A stretch of 32,000 bases of DNA, from NCBI GenBank assembly GCA_043808785.1, contig JAZDEL010000008.1, positions 1 through 32,000 on the forward strand. Direction: 5' to 3'. The translations under genes and the position numbers were made by a program. Source of the stretch: Candidatus Iainarchaeum sp. GTDB lineage: Archaea > Iainarchaeota > Iainarchaeia > Iainarchaeales > JAZDEL01. Positions 13,850-22,211 of this stretch are shown here, piece after piece (the first letter of the stretch is position 1; each line of letters begins with the position of its first letter). The notes under the pieces were generated by a model that saw nothing but the letters and a program-made list of their open reading frames with translations, did no database searches and was not told where the DNA came from.

Positions 13850-14487
13850 CATTCCTAATAACCCGCCCAGAAGATGACGACACAACATTGTATTTATCAG
13901 AATACTCGAAGCCTATAATTGAACTGGCGGAAGATAGGGGAATCGATGTTTTCGATTGCTTCCATGAACGTGCCTCAAAACAGAGAGTTACCTCACTAAT
14001 AACCGAAAAAAATCCGAAACTAATCATGTTCAACGGCCACGGGTCGCCTGAAATCATATCCGGATACAAATTCGAGCCGATAATAAGGCTGGAGGAAAAT
14101 GCGGATTTAATAAAGGACACTATTGTTTACGCCAGGGCGTGCCATACTGCCAAGGAATTGGGCAAGTGGTGCGGAGAAAACGGCAACGGAGTATACTTGG
14201 GCTATGACGACAAATTCCGCTTTTGGACAAGTTCGAGCTATTCGCATACGCCTCAGAACGACCCCTACGCAAAGCCAATTCTTGATGCTTCAAATCACGC
14301 GGCAATGTGCCTTTTGAAGGGCGGCACTGCGGGTGACGCACTCAGGCGTTCCAAAGAGGCGTTTGACAGCGTAATAGAGAGGCTTGAACGCAGCAACTCA
14401 CCTCAAAACCTTAGGTTCCTGCTCTCAGCATTGTATTGGAACAGGGAGCATCTGATAGGCTATGGGGATGAAAAATTAAAAATGTAG
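13846..14487 (+). CDS. Clan-CD-like (caspase/gingipain fold) cysteine peptidase candidate, 213 aa, no signal peptide
   Basis: A hydrophobic strand + His-Gly ('KLIMFNGHGSP') is followed about 35 residues later by a hydrophobic strand + Ala-Cys ('DTIVYARACHTA'). Predicted beta/alpha elements alternate (FLITRP / YLSEYSKPIIELAE / IDVFDCF / ...). This is the catalytic-dyad layout of C25/C11/C14 peptidases. Confidence 0.6.
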   Translation: MTFLITRPEDDDTTLYLSEYSKPIIELAEDRGIDVFDCFHERASKQRVTSLITEKNPKLIMFNGHGSPEIISGYKFEPIIRLEENADLIKDTIVYARACHTAKELGKWCGENGNGVYLGYDDKFRFWTSSSYSHTPQNDPYAKPILDASNHAAMCLLKGGTAGDALRRSKEAFDSVIERLERSNSPQNLRFLLSALYWNREHLIGYGDEKLKM

Positions 14488-14505
14488 CCAACTGGAGGTT
14501 TTTGT

Positions 14506-14847
14506 ATGTTCCCCGGAATGCGCAACATAAATCCCGGCCAGATGAACAAGATGATGCAATCGCTCGGAATAAAGAGCGAAACCATTGAGGCGAAGCGCGT
14601 TATTTTCGAAATGGAGGGCAAGAGGCTGATAATTGATGAGCCGAATGTCAGCGCAATAGACATGCAGGGCCAGAAAACTTACACAGTCATGGGCAAGGCG
14701 AGGGAGGAGCAGGCTGGCGTGCCCGATGAAGATGTGGAAATGGTTGCGCAGAGCGCGGGCGTGGGAAAGGAAAAGGCGAAAAAGGCGCTCGAGGAAACGA
14801 AAGGGGATATTGCGGAAGCGATAAACTCGCTGAAAGGCGGAAAATAG
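14506..14847 (+). CDS. nac: Nascent polypeptide-associated complex protein (archaeal NAC, NAC + UBA domains)
   Basis: 'NPGQMNKMMQSLGIK', then the NAC beta-barrel region 'VIFEMEGKRLIIDEPNVSAIDMQGQKTYTV', then a C-terminal UBA-like 'DVEMVAQSAGVGKEKAKKALEETKGDIAEAINSL'. Confidence 0.85.
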   Translation: MFPGMRNINPGQMNKMMQSLGIKSETIEAKRVIFEMEGKRLIIDEPNVSAIDMQGQKTYTVMGKAREEQAGVPDEDVEMVAQSAGVGKEKAKKALEETKGDIAEAINSLKGGK

Positions 14848-14855
14848 GCTGCCGC

Positions 14856-16223
14856 TTATTCTTCCATCTCGTGTGCGGATATGCTCCCCGCATTATTCCT
14901 TGTTGCGAAGAAGAACAGGGAGAGTTCGACCTCATCCCCCGCAAGCCTGCCCGGAACCACGGTTGCTTCGAACATTCCGCCCTCGACCGAGTATTGCTTA
15001 CCCTCATTGTCCGCAACCGAGTTGTAATCGAAAACCGCTTTTCGGTATGGTTTGGCATCTATGGAGTATTTTGAGAGGATTGCGGCGATTCCTGACGCTG
15101 CAGCGGATGAATCAACGCCTTCAGAAAGGGAAATTTCCGCGCTTATGTTGATTTCCGGGATTTTCAGTTCCTTCACGGAGAAGCCCGCATCGGAAACGGC
15201 GGAGCGCAGTGCTTTTTCAACCTCTGAAACCGATGCGTCCCTGCCGTATTTCACCTTAAGTGTTGCCGGCTCCTGCACGGTTACGTTTAGGACGCCGCTT
15301 ATCGCAAAGAGCGCGGAATTGAAATCCGCCGAAATCTCCGAACCGATGTTCTGGTCCAGTTCAAGGTTTATTGTGTAATCGGGATTTGAGAATTCGAGGT
15401 TTGCGTCATTCACGCCCTGAACCGCGAGGAGTTCGGACTTAAGCGTACTGCTTTCCGGAGAAGAGGGGAGAGGAACTGTGCCGTTAAAGATAAGTGCGGG
15501 GAGAAGGGCAGAAACCTTGTAATTACCCACTGCGCTGACAAGCATCATTCCCGAATTCGGGTTGTAGGTTTCATAGGTGAGCATTTTCGAGACGATTCCC
15601 CCTACGAAGTCGGCAGTTATCTCGACCTGTATGCTGTCGCCCTTCATTGTTTCGGATGCGAGTATTGACTGGATCAGCGGGTTGGGGAAAGTGTAATTCT
15701 TGCTCATTTCGAGGTCGGCATTGTAGAATGCCACGGTTTTCGGTACGGAAACAAGGCCGTAGGGGTATGCCTCGATGTCGTACAGCGCATCGGATTTTTC
15801 GGTTATTGCTGAAATTATTTCGGAAGCGGAGCGCGCGGGGTCGAAGGTAACTTCGGCAATATACAAAAGCGCGCCTGTGGAGCCCTCGGGCGCGGAACCT
15901 GCGAAGTAGGAACTTATATTGCGCACTCCGCTTGCGGAGCGCACCTGCGAATCTATTGCCGAAAGTTCCGGCTTATCCGTGGTTGCGATAAGGCGCATGG
16001 AGGGGAATATTTCGACGACGTTTGCGTCCACATTCTCGGCCTTGAAGGCTATCGCAGTGGGCGCGGCGCCGTTGCCTGCGGGAGGCGCCTGCTCTGCGGG
16101 CTTATCGCCAAGGAACATCATGGCAAACCCTATGATGGAACCGACCATCACTATGATTATGAAGATGCTCATTGCCTGCTTTGAGTCCATAATAACCACT
16201 GCCTTCAGAACCGCTGCCTGCAA
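14856..16223 (-). CDS. N-terminally membrane-anchored extracellular protein, about 444-455 aa (hypothetical)
   Basis: There is one N-terminal TM segment ('MSIFIIIVMVGSIIGFAMMFL'), followed by a Pro/Ala linker and a long Ser/Ala/Val-rich beta-type region. The start is TTG 16223 or ATG 16190. The gene is convergent with nac. Confidence 0.7.
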   Translation of the reverse strand: MQAAVLKAVVIMDSKQAMSIFIIIVMVGSIIGFAMMFLGDKPAEQAPPAGNGAAPTAIAFKAENVDANVVEIFPSMRLIATTDKPELSAIDSQVRSASGVRNISSYFAGSAPEGSTGALLYIAEVTFDPARSASEIISAITEKSDALYDIEAYPYGLVSVPKTVAFYNADLEMSKNYTFPNPLIQSILASETMKGDSIQVEITADFVGGIVSKMLTYETYNPNSGMMLVSAVGNYKVSALLPALIFNGTVPLPSSPESSTLKSELLAVQGVNDANLEFSNPDYTINLELDQNIGSEISADFNSALFAISGVLNVTVQEPATLKVKYGRDASVSEVEKALRSAVSDAGFSVKELKIPEINISAEISLSEGVDSSAAASGIAAILSKYSIDAKPYRKAVFDYNSVADNEGKQYSVEGGMFEATVVPGRLAGDEVELSLFFFATRNNAGSISAHEMEE

Positions 16224-16273
16224 ATCCTTTTGCGTCGCAAGATTTATAACCCCCGCGCAGGCAAAATTGTTGC

Positions 16274-17119
16274 ATGAAGAAGGGGGATATACCCGTGGTT
16301 TCGTTTACAGGCCGCGAGCTGTCAAGCGGGCGCGTGTTTGACACCACAAGCGAGGCGGAGGCTAAAAAGGCGGGAATTTACAGGGAGGGGGCTATTTACC
16401 GCGCAATACCCGTTGTTGTCGGGAGCGGCGACCTCATAAAAGGGATGGAAAATGCGCTCGAAAACATGGGCGCAGGGGAGGAAAAGGTATTCAGGCTTTC
16501 CCCTGCCGAAGCTTTCGGCGAGAGGAGCGCGGAACTTATAAGGGTTATCCCTATGCGCGATTTCACGAAGAACAAGCTCACGCCTTTTCAGGGAATGGTT
16601 CTGGAGATAAACGGAATGGCGGGGAGGGTGCAAACCATTTCAGGGGGAAGGGTGCGCGTGGACTTTAACCCGGAACTTGCGGGAAAGGAAGTGGAGTACA
16701 AACTTAAGGTTGAACGCGTTCTCACGAAACCGCAGGAGATTGCGGATGCTTTCCTTGAAAAATTGTTCCCCATGAAGGACGAGGCGAAGAAGCCGAGGGC
16801 GAAGTTCTCCGCGGAAAGCGGGGTGCTGGAGGCGTGGTTCGATTCGGAAATGCCGAAGGAACTTGATGTTTTGAAGGATGTTTTCGCAAAGACAATGAAG
16901 GGGGGCATGCCTGCCGTTAAAGAGGTCAAGTTCCTTGAACTCGTTGGCGTGACCAGGAAGCCGGGCGCCGGGGAAGCGGAAAAGGGAGCTGCGAAGGAAG
17001 GCATGGCAAAGGCGGGGAAGGAGAAGGCAGCGGAAGGCGCCGCCAAGGCTGCGGGAAAGGAAATGGGCGCGGGGGCGGAAGGCGCGAAGGCTCCTGCCGC
17101 GGGCAAAAAGCAAAAATAA
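16274..17119 (+). CDS. FKBP-type peptidyl-prolyl cis-trans isomerase, long archaeal type, with Lys/Ala/Gly/Glu-rich tail
   Basis: 'GRVFDTT', 'VVVGSGDLIKGMENALENMGAGEEKVFRLSPAEAFGER', an IF-insert-like region and 'GGRVRVDFNPELAGKEVEYKLKV'. The tail reads 'AAKEGMAKAGKEKAAEGAAKAAGKEMGAGAEGAKAPAAGKKQK'. TATA-like GATTTATAA lies about 27-34 nt upstream. Confidence 0.85.
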   Translation: MKKGDIPVVSFTGRELSSGRVFDTTSEAEAKKAGIYREGAIYRAIPVVVGSGDLIKGMENALENMGAGEEKVFRLSPAEAFGERSAELIRVIPMRDFTKNKLTPFQGMVLEINGMAGRVQTISGGRVRVDFNPELAGKEVEYKLKVERVLTKPQEIADAFLEKLFPMKDEAKKPRAKFSAESGVLEAWFDSEMPKELDVLKDVFAKTMKGGMPAVKEVKFLELVGVTRKPGAGEAEKGAAKEGMAKAGKEKAAEGAAKAAGKEMGAGAEGAKAPAAGKKQK

Positions 17120-17228
17120 TTTTAAGCGGGGCGCGGCAAAGGCAATCTTAAGCAAGGCTGCGGGCAAAGATAACATTTAAGCAAAGTTGCAACTGAAGAT
17201 AATTTTAAGGCAAGTTGCAACATCTGGT
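17118..17228 (+). repeat. Four degenerate tandem repeats (26-29 nt) starting at the FKBP stop codon
   Basis: Units begin at 17118 (aattttaagcggggcgcggcaaaggc), 17144 (aatcttaagcaaggctgcgggcaaagat), 17172 (aacatttaagcaaagttgcaactgaagat) and 17201 (aattttaaggcaagttgcaacatctggt). Confidence 0.65.
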
Positions 17229-17368
17229 TTTTGGCACGGGGGTTTGCAGGGGTGGCGGTAGCGGTGAATCTCAAATTAATTCGGAGAATGGCGGGCAAAT
17301 TTAGGATTCGGCCACTAGAGGGCTATTTCCAGGAAAGAACCAACGGGAGGGAAACGACCGGGAAAAAA

Positions 17369-18067
17369 ATGACCCGGAGGGAAAAGAAAATACTGGACAG
17401 TGCGCTGGAGACAGCCTGCGACCTGTGGATGGAAGGGTTGCACAGCGGGAAAAAGAAGGAATTTGTGCTGAAATATTACAACATGCACAGCGGCAAAGAA
17501 AACATGCCCGAGCTCGTTTATGCCGAGTGCAAAAAACACTTTCTGGGCACGGGGTTTGACGAGAAACGGGCGCACATGCTTGCATGGTCGGTAGAAAGGG
17601 AGTGCAGGGAGTTTGAAAGGCGGAGGAGCGTTGCAACAGACCCGTCCAAGAACACGTACAGGTATTTTCTGGGCAGAGTGGAGTTGATTGCTGGGGACTA
17701 TTTCAAAAAGCACGAGGCAAAAATCGGCAGCCCTGGGTTTCTAAAAACAATACGCGATGATGCCTACAAAAGGCTTATCAAAACCGGGAAGTTTGACGAA
17801 AAGAGGGCAGGCATCTTTGCCAGCAATATTGAAGCGGAATGCGGCCGGATTTTGCGCATTCGCAATGAGGCGAAAAAATATCTCGAAAAATACGGTGAAA
17901 GGCTGGACGAGAGGCACATCCTGGAAACCATATTTAACGATGCCTACGAAAATTCAATTAAAATTGAAAAACGCCCGGAAAGGGGGGCTGAAACCATTGC
18001 AAGCAGAATCACGGATGAGTGCGCAAGGATGTTAAACAACGGGAAAATGGCGGCGCGCGAAAAGTAG
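17369..18067 (+). CDS. Hypothetical protein with three roughly 40-aa internal repeats, 232 aa
   Basis: ORF 17231..18067 trimmed to ATG 17369 (MTRREKK...). The repeats are 'VYAECKKHFLGTGFDEKRAHMLAWSVERECREF', 'IRDDAYKRLIKTGKFDEKRAGIFASNIEAECGRIL' and 'IFNDAYENSIKIEKRPERGAETIASRITDECARML'. Confidence 0.6.
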   Translation: MTRREKKILDSALETACDLWMEGLHSGKKKEFVLKYYNMHSGKENMPELVYAECKKHFLGTGFDEKRAHMLAWSVERECREFERRRSVATDPSKNTYRYFLGRVELIAGDYFKKHEAKIGSPGFLKTIRDDAYKRLIKTGKFDEKRAGIFASNIEAECGRILRIRNEAKKYLEKYGERLDERHILETIFNDAYENSIKIEKRPERGAETIASRITDECARMLNNGKMAAREK

Positions 18068-18215
18068 GCAAACAGCCGCAAGCAAACGGTTTAAGCCAAA
18101 CGGGCGCATGCCTGGTTTTCAGCCGGGCACAAAAAGCGCGCGGAAAAATCGGGCAGTAGCATGCCGGATTCCGGCGTGCCATCGGGAAAATATATAAAGG
18201 GCGGCGCACAATAAT

Positions 18216-18539
18216 ATGGAAGTTGTTGCGAGGAGGCTGTTGAATATGGGGGAAATTAGGAGGGTTGGCAAGCCAAATATTGCAAAAATAAACGTAAAAA
18301 TGCCCGTAGTTGAGTTCAAAAAAACCGGCAAATTCGGGTTTCTGATGAATGTTGCGCGCAAGGGCGGAAAGGGGGGGGCATTCGGCAGGGCGCTTGCGGA
18401 GGAGGGGGTTGAAAAAGGGCAGGCTGCTTTGGCGCTCCACCTGTTTTACAAGGGCGTGTGGAAAGAGGGCAGTGCTGAAGCGCGCAAGAAGTTCATAGTG
18501 CGCGAACTAAATGCTTACGCAAAGGCAAAGAAGGCATAA
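18216..18539 (+). CDS. Small basic hypothetical protein, 107 aa
   Basis: The ATG is exactly 25 nt downstream of the start of TATATAAA (18191-18198), which is leaderless-type spacing. No family recognised. Confidence 0.5.
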   Translation: MEVVARRLLNMGEIRRVGKPNIAKINVKMPVVEFKKTGKFGFLMNVARKGGKGGAFGRALAEEGVEKGQAALALHLFYKGVWKEGSAEARKKFIVRELNAYAKAKKA

Positions 18540-18593
18540 ATAACGGTTTAAAATAACATGCCTTACAAGTATTACTTGTAAGGAAATGGTGTT

Positions 18594-18911
18594 ATGGCTC
18601 TCTCCGAAATCAGGACTTCAACAATAACCGCAAAGGGGCAGATTGTGATCCCGGGGGCATTGCGCACGAAAGAGGGGTTCAGGAACGGGCAGAAGGTCGC
18701 AATTCTGGCGTTTGAGGACAGGCTGGAGGTAAGGCCTCTGAAGCCGCTGGCGGAAAGAATTGACTGGGAAAGCGAGGGGGCAAAAACAAGGCTTGCGGTA
18801 AAGGGGTTCGCGGAAAAGCACTGCCTGAAAGGGCGGAAAGTGAAGGAATTTTCAGCGGAAGAGAAGGACGCCCTAGCTAAGGGTTTCTTTGCACAAACTC
18901 GGCGGGAGTGA
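18594..18911 (+). CDS. SpoVT/AbrB-type (VapB/MazE-like) protein, 105 aa
   Basis: 'TSTITAKGQIVIPGALRTKEGFRNGQKVAILAFEDRLEVRPL' is a typical AbrB swapped-hairpin motif. The C-terminal extension is charged. Confidence 0.7.
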   Translation: MALSEIRTSTITAKGQIVIPGALRTKEGFRNGQKVAILAFEDRLEVRPLKPLAERIDWESEGAKTRLAVKGFAEKHCLKGRKVKEFSAEEKDALAKGFFAQTRRE

Positions 18912-19305
18912 AGCAGGGCATTATTGCCCGCGCCCTTGAAAAATCCTTCTTGTCCCAGGTTATTATTGCGTCGCAGCCGGCGGCAACCGCGGCGGAAACA
19001 TGCGCGGCATCGGCAAAGTGAATCCCGCAATCCCTTGAAATTTTGAGTACCCGATTTTTTTCAGGAACGGCTGCCCAAACAAAAGAAACGCCCGACATTC
19101 GGAAGAATTCTCCAATATCCTCCCTCTCAAGCGAAATTGCCTTTTTGATTTCATATGCGAAAAGGTCGGAAACCACAATCTCGAAACCGAGCGCCCTGCA
19201 GAAGGAAATGAAATCTTCGGCTTCCTGAAAACGCATGTTGAAAGCCCTGTCCATTTCGCTCCGCAGTATGGAGATAAGCACGTTGGAATCCATGTAAAGG
19301 CGCAT
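18877..19305 (-). CDS. PIN-domain nuclease (VapC-like), 142 aa
   Basis: ORF 18877..19353 trimmed to ATG 19305 (MRLYMDSNVLI...). PIN acidic positions are 'MDSN', 'AYEI', 'FADAAH' and 'TWDKKDF'. The 3' end overlaps the AbrB gene by 35 nt on the opposite strand. Confidence 0.75.
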   Translation of the reverse strand: MRLYMDSNVLISILRSEMDRAFNMRFQEAEDFISFCRALGFEIVVSDLFAYEIKKAISLEREDIGEFFRMSGVSFVWAAVPEKNRVLKISRDCGIHFADAAHVSAAVAAGCDAIITWDKKDFSRARAIMPCFTPAEFVQRNP

Positions 19306-19450
19306 ATTGAACAAGAGGTTCCAGCGGCTTTTAAACCGAACCAGGCAGTGCATTTCCTGTGCGCGGGGCTTTGCAGGGCAAACAACGGGTTTAAAAACTT
19401 TTACTTGAGCAATTAGTTTAGGCTTTTACATCGCTGATTTTGGCGGGCTT

Positions 19451-20113
19451 TTGATGACCGAAAAGGCTGAGTTAAAGACAGGCACAACCACTGTAGGGGT
19501 AAAAACCTCGGACGCAATCGTGCTTGCCGCGGATATGCGCACCTCTTTGGGGCACATAGCGTACGAGGACGAGAGCGAGAAGATTTACAAAATCACGGAC
19601 AGCCTTGCGGTGACAAACGCTGGCAATGTGGGGGACAGCCTCACAATTGTGCGCTTTTTGAGGAGCCAGGCGAAACTTTATGAAATGGAGCGCGAGGAAA
19701 AGATGAGCGCACGCGCAGCAACTACACTGCTCTCGAACATAATGAACGCTAACAGGTTTAACCCTTTCATAGTCCAGCTTGTGATAGGCGGAATGAACAA
19801 CGGCCCCGAGCTGTTTGAGCTTACCCCCGACGGCGGGGTAATAGAGAGGAGGAATTATGCTGTGAGCGGCTCTGGAACCGAGTTCGCGCTGAACACTTTG
19901 GACCTCGGATACAAGAACGGGATGCAGGAAGACGACGGGATAAGGCTTGCGATAAAGGCGATTGAATCGGGGAAGAGAAGGGATATTTTCTCGGGCGGGA
20001 AGTCGGTTACTGTGACTGTTATTGACAGGAAAGGGGTAAGGAAATTGACAGAGAGGGAGATAGAGAAGTACGCCTCTTCGCAGGGCGGCGAGGGAAAGAG
20101 GGGCGGGAACTGA
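19451..20113 (+). CDS. psmB: Proteasome subunit beta (Ntn hydrolase)
   Basis: A short propeptide is followed by 'G|TTTVGVKTSDAIVLAADMRTS' (catalytic Thr after the cleavage site). 'GSG' and 'AIKAIESGKRRDIFSG' are also present. The track start 19451 is TTG, and ATG follows at 19454. Confidence 0.9.
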   Translation: MMTEKAELKTGTTTVGVKTSDAIVLAADMRTSLGHIAYEDESEKIYKITDSLAVTNAGNVGDSLTIVRFLRSQAKLYEMEREEKMSARAATTLLSNIMNANRFNPFIVQLVIGGMNNGPELFELTPDGGVIERRNYAVSGSGTEFALNTLDLGYKNGMQEDDGIRLAIKAIESGKRRDIFSGGKSVTVTVIDRKGVRKLTEREIEKYASSQGGEGKRGGN

Positions 20114-20255
20114 ACAACTGCACGAAGGGCAAGCCAAAGAAACCCGACGGGCGGATTTTTATTTTTTTCAATATTTTTTAAATTTTTTTAATTTTAATTT
20201 TTTTGTTTTTTGCCGGATGGCACGCGATTTACACCGATGATTTTAGCGGGCATTG

Positions 20256-20267
20256 CATAACAAAAAC
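20256..20267 (+). promoter_or_regulatory. CATAACAAAAAC 12-mer (copy 3), 23-34 nt upstream of the aCPSF1 ATG
   Basis: The position matches that of an archaeal TATA/BRE relative to a (near-)leaderless start. An A/T-only tract lies upstream at 20163-20212. Confidence 0.35.
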
Positions 20268-20289
20268 ACCCGACAAGAGGGGCTAAAGG

Positions 20290-22191
20290 ATGGAACAGGA
20301 ATACATAAAGGAAATCAAGGAAAAGATAGCTGAAAGCGTGCCCAAGGAGGCGGGCATCACAAGCGTTGAAATGGAGGGGCCCGAGATAGCCATTTACACG
20401 CGCAATCCGAAGGCGTTTTTCGAGAATGAAAATTACGTTGCGAAACTTGCCTTTGAACTGAAGAAGCGCGTGAACATACGCACGGATAAATCATTGCTGA
20501 CCGAGCAGGAAGAGGCGAGGAAGAAGATAATTGAAATCATACCTCCAGATGCGCAGATAAAGGAGATTGCGTTCAACGATGTTTTCAGCGAGGTCGTGAT
20601 TGAGTCCATAAAGCCCGGGCTTGTTATAGGCAAGGGCGGGGAGACAAGCAAGCGCATAATCCTGGAAACGGGATGGACGCCGAACATTATACGCGCGCCC
20701 ACAAGCGAAAGTGAAATTCTCCGCGGGATAAGGAGGCATTTGTACAACAGCTCCAAAGAGAGGAAGAAGATACTGCAGGATGTTGCCGCGAAAATTTACG
20801 GTGAAAGCGCGGAGCAGAACGGCTGGATAAGGTTAACCGCGTTGGGCGGCTTCAGGGAGGTCGGAAGAAGCTGCATGATGGTTGAAACAAGGAAAACAAA
20901 GGTGCTTATGGACTGCGGGATTGATGTTGCCGCCCATGATGAGCCATACCCCTACCTTGATGCGATAAGGTTCCCGATTAACGAACTTGATGCCGTGATA
21001 ATAAGCCATGCACATTTGGACCACAGCGGGTTTTTGCCCTATCTTTTCAAACTGGGCTATAGGGGGCCTGTTTACTGCACGCTTCCCACGCGCGATTTGA
21101 TGACGCTTCTGCAGTTCGATTTCATAGATGTTTTGGTAAAGGAAGGGAAGGAGCCCCCGTATACGGAGCGCGATGTAAAGGAGATGGTTAAGTACTGCAT
21201 ACCCCGTGATTATCGTGAGGTTACCGATATTGCGCCTGACATGAGGCTTACTTTGCACAATGCGGCGCATATTCTTGGCTCAGCATCGGTGCACCTGCAC
21301 ATAGGGGACGGGGCGCACAATTTGGTTTACAGCGGCGATTTGAAGTACGGGTTCACCCGCTTGTTTAACCCTGTGGACAGCAATTACCCAAGGCTCGAAA
21401 CGCTTATAGTCGAGAGCACATATGGGGGGGCGAATGATATACAGCCGAGCAGGGAGGAGAGCGAGGCATTGCTGCTGAGGATAATCAAGGAGACAACGAG
21501 CGCGGGCGGGAATGTGCTTATTCCAGTTTTCGCCGTGGGAAGGGGGCAGGAAATAATGCTCGTGCTCGAGAACTTTTACAGGCGCGGCCTCTTGAGCAAG
21601 GAGACAAAATGCTATGTGGATGGGATGACAAAGGAGGCTTCCGCAATACACACAGCATACCCCGAATACCTGAGGAAGGAGGTGCAGAGGAGGATACTGC
21701 AGAACGATTCGCCGTTCACTACGGATTTTTTCCAGACCGCGAATTGGCAGGACAGGGAGGCGATTGTTGCCGAAAAAGGGAGCATAATTCTTGCTTCATC
21801 GGGAATGCTGACGGGCGGCGCGTCACTCTGGTATCTGTACAGGCTTGCGGAGGACCCGATGAATACTCTGCTGTTTGTCGGTTATCAAGGAGAGGGTTCA
21901 TTGGGAAGGAAACTGCAGGCGGGCGTGAAGGAAGTGCCTGTAACTGTCGAGGGGGGAAAGGCGAAGAGGTTAAAGGTGAGGCTGAGGGTTGAAAATATTG
22001 AGGGGTTCTCAGGGCACTCGGACAGGATACAGCTTTCGAATTACGTGAGGAATTTGAACCCGAAGCCGAGAAGGGTGCTTGTCGACCACGGGGATAAGGC
22101 GAAAACAATAGAGTTTGCGAAATACATATCCGCAAAGTTCAGGATAAGCAGCAGCGCACCGAGGAATTTGGATAGTGTCAGGCTTAAATAG
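20290..22191 (+). CDS. aCPSF1-type ribonuclease (N-terminal KH domains + metallo-beta-lactamase + beta-CASP)
   Basis: 633 aa with the KH GXXG motif 'VIGKGGETSKRI', the MBL motif 'ISHAHLDHSG', beta-CASP region motifs, and C-terminal 'GFSGHSD' and 'VLVDHGD'. Confidence 0.9.
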   Translation: MEQEYIKEIKEKIAESVPKEAGITSVEMEGPEIAIYTRNPKAFFENENYVAKLAFELKKRVNIRTDKSLLTEQEEARKKIIEIIPPDAQIKEIAFNDVFSEVVIESIKPGLVIGKGGETSKRIILETGWTPNIIRAPTSESEILRGIRRHLYNSSKERKKILQDVAAKIYGESAEQNGWIRLTALGGFREVGRSCMMVETRKTKVLMDCGIDVAAHDEPYPYLDAIRFPINELDAVIISHAHLDHSGFLPYLFKLGYRGPVYCTLPTRDLMTLLQFDFIDVLVKEGKEPPYTERDVKEMVKYCIPRDYREVTDIAPDMRLTLHNAAHILGSASVHLHIGDGAHNLVYSGDLKYGFTRLFNPVDSNYPRLETLIVESTYGGANDIQPSREESEALLLRIIKETTSAGGNVLIPVFAVGRGQEIMLVLENFYRRGLLSKETKCYVDGMTKEASAIHTAYPEYLRKEVQRRILQNDSPFTTDFFQTANWQDREAIVAEKGSIILASSGMLTGGASLWYLYRLAEDPMNTLLFVGYQGEGSLGRKLQAGVKEVPVTVEGGKAKRLKVRLRVENIEGFSGHSDRIQLSNYVRNLNPKPRRVLVDHGDKAKTIEFAKYISAKFRISSSAPRNLDSVRLK

Positions 22192-22211
22192 TTCGGGCTC
22201 GTTCTTTTTGC

